A stretch of DNA of 64,000 bases from Lophium mytilinum (taxonomy: Eukaryota), in assembly GCA_010093605.1 (NCBI GenBank), contig MU004193.1:1630579-1694578 (forward strand), in the 5' to 3' direction. The notes below the pieces were generated by a model that saw only the letters and a list, made by a program, of their open reading frames with translations, was not told the DNA's origin and made no database searches. Position numbers and translations under genes: made by a program. Below are positions 61,946 through 64,000 of the stretch, piece after piece (the first letter of the stretch is position 1; each line of letters starts with the position of its first letter).

Positions 61946-63164
61946 ATGCTAACAACAGACCTAACACCGCACCTCGCCCTAATTACCGGCACAACCGGAG
62001 GCATCGGTAAGGCAACTTCTCGTGCTCTTGCGAAGCTAGGATGTAGCATCGCCGTGCACTACCATTCAGCGGAAGATGCCGCCAAAGAACTGGTTGCCGA
62101 GCTGAAGGGAATGGGGGTTCGATCGGAGTTCTTTCAGGCAGACTTGAGCGTTTATGATGAGGTGAGTGATGTTTGGCAGGGGCCGTAATAAATTTTGATG
62201 TCTGATACCTCCATTTTGCATACGTGTTTCCCCATGTTGTCATTGAGCATATTTCTATATCTCAATTGCCTCATTCTATGCCCCAAAACAATCCTCCCAA
62301 CCTGTCTCATTGCACTTGCTCAATTCCCCTCCCCGCCCACTCCCCAGCCCCCACGTGTCCCAAAACCCCAGATCCTCATCTTATGCCTATCCCAGGTCCG
62401 CAGCCTCCACGCCTCCGTCCTCTCCACAATGGGCGCACCGACCATCCTCTACAACAACGCCGGCTTGACCCTAAAACACGGCATCACCTCCATCGCCGAC
62501 ATCTCTATCGAAGAGTTCGAGCACACCTGGCGCGCAAACACCGGTTCTGCGTTCCTCCTCACTCAACTCTGCATCCCGGCCATGGAAGCGGCGGGCTGGG
62601 GACGCGTCATCTTTTGCTCCAGTGTGGCGGCGTTTACCGGGGGTGTTGTGGGGCCGCATTACGCGTGAGTGCTACCCTATTCGTATCTTGGGGGTTGGGG
62701 GGAGGAGAAGGGAGGGACACGGGGTAGCGGAAGGGACGTAGGATAGGGGAAGGGAAAGGAGATGTGGCGGAAGAGCGAAAAATGGGGACGGTCGGGCTAA
62801 TACGGGAACAGGAGTTCCAAATCCTCCCTCCACGGCCTGATCCATTGGCTTGCAGGCGCGTATGCCACAAAAGGCATTACGGTGAATGGGGTTGCGCCGG
62901 CGCTGATTCAGGAGACGAAGATGCTGCCGGGTAGTGATGAGGAACTTGCGAAGAGTATGTCCTCTCCTTTCTTTCGCGCTTGGCCATTCTATGCTGTGGT
63001 GTGTTCGAAGTTGAATCTAGTTGAGAGTTGATTGAATTATAGAAATCCCAATCGGACGCCTCGGCACACCAGACGAGATCGCTGAAACTGTTCTTTGGTT
63101 GGTGAGGACGGGGTATGTGACGAATAAGGTTGTTGGGGTTGATGGGGGAATGTTTGCGCAGTAA
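61946..63164 (+). CDS. Classical SDR, 3-oxoacyl-ACP reductase-like (4 exons)
   Basis: Motifs TGTTGGIG, NNAG, SS, HYA|SSK (YxxxK), NGVAP, IPIGRLG.PDE, VDGG. Introns 62162-62395, 62665-62811 and 62955-63042. Confidence 0.92.
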
Positions 63165-63486
63165 GAGTGATGCGCTTCTGGGTGTAGGATTTCCGAAATA
63201 GTTCAATGGGATTCCCCTTATACATTTTAAATACTGTAGTTGTTGGCGCTGGGAAGTGTTGGGTCGGTGTAAGGATGGCTTCAATGGGTTGAAAATGAGC
63301 GGTGCAAATGGCGACAGACAAGAGTCCAATCCACAGTCGAGGTCAAAGGACATGCAATCTAACCCCAAAATTGAGATGTAGACAGCTAGAAACCGTAGAC
63401 CGAGCGCCAACCCCATGGAACTTGAAGCCTACATATCCGCTAGAACCCTCTCAATCCAATCAACTATCCCACATTCAACCCCTCAC

Positions 63487-63770
63487 TCACCTTTCCAACA
63501 ACCACCTCATCCCCTCCAGCATATCTCCCCAGAATTGCCGACTCCGCTGCATTGTCGGAAAGTTCGCATGAAACATGTGCCCGTACCCAGCATATAGATC
63601 AAGTTTCGTTTCCACGCCGCTTGCTAGCAGTTCTCGCTCGTAGAGCAGCGTCTCGTCGCGCAGGGGGTCGATGCCGCCGATTTGGATGTAAGCTTTGGCC
63701 ACACCGATATGGCCCGCGGGGTGGTTGAAGGGTTCCCATAGCCAGGAAGTGGGGTCGGGGTTGTAGGCAG
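63487..63770 (-). CDS. Terminal exon of an HSL-family alpha/beta hydrolase (lipase/esterase); gene continues beyond the window
   Basis: Acceptor CTAAT..CAG at 63771, then AYIQIGGIDPLRDE (catalytic Asp) and YAGYGHMF (catalytic His), stop at 63487. Confidence 0.85.
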
Positions 63771-64000
63771 CTGGCAGACATTAGATAGGGGTGAACGGAT
63801 TGGTTGGTGAATGGAGTGAGGGGGGATCGGAGTTGAGTGAATAATTGAGTGCACAGGATGTGATCAGCGAGTCGTATGTGAATGGCGGAAGGAGACGAGA
63901 GTCAGAAATCAAGTAATTGGCGAGCAACTAAGTGAACAGTGGGAAGTACTTGAGAAGCGGAAAAGCAGGCGAGAGAGAGGAAGCAGGAAGTATCCATTGG

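Noticed and set aside
1..64000. tRNA or 5S rRNA genes
   Set aside because: TTCGA-type T-loop matches (e.g. ~33253, ~41626, ~42461) lack a cloverleaf context; none supported by eye.

Overview
Eukaryotic DNA from a filamentous ascomycete (Pezizomycotina-type GT-AG introns of about 45-100 nt with CTRAC/CTAAC branch sites, plus a RIP signature). The first ~2.55 kb is an AT-rich, TpA-saturated block typical of a RIP-mutated repeat. The rest holds about 24 genes whose exons I reconstructed by hand. Conserved genes include a DHHC palmitoyltransferase (PFA5-like), a Zn2Cys6 transcription factor, a CAP59/GT69 mannosyltransferase, two SDRs, EMC1, a Rap/RSR1 GTPase, SLC1, a STRAP-like WD40 protein, CBR1, OCH1 and a partial HSL-type hydrolase; several others are orphans. 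The most unusual part is an accessory-looking island at ~33.3-41.8 kb. It contains a secreted M35-type HEXXH+D metalloprotease and a decayed copy of it, a stand-alone SR-protein-like RRM, a DUF6594-like membrane protein, and two paralogous single-chain, two-lobed retropepsin-like (DTG...DTG) proteases. The two proteases carry different N-terminal nucleic-acid-binding modules: three C2H2 fingers separated from the protease by a 1-nt frameshift, and a degenerate RRM duplicated together with its upstream DNA. A 561-nt, stem-rich intron in the DHHC gene is a candidate host for a structured ncRNA. All family assignments come from motif recognition; no database search was run.
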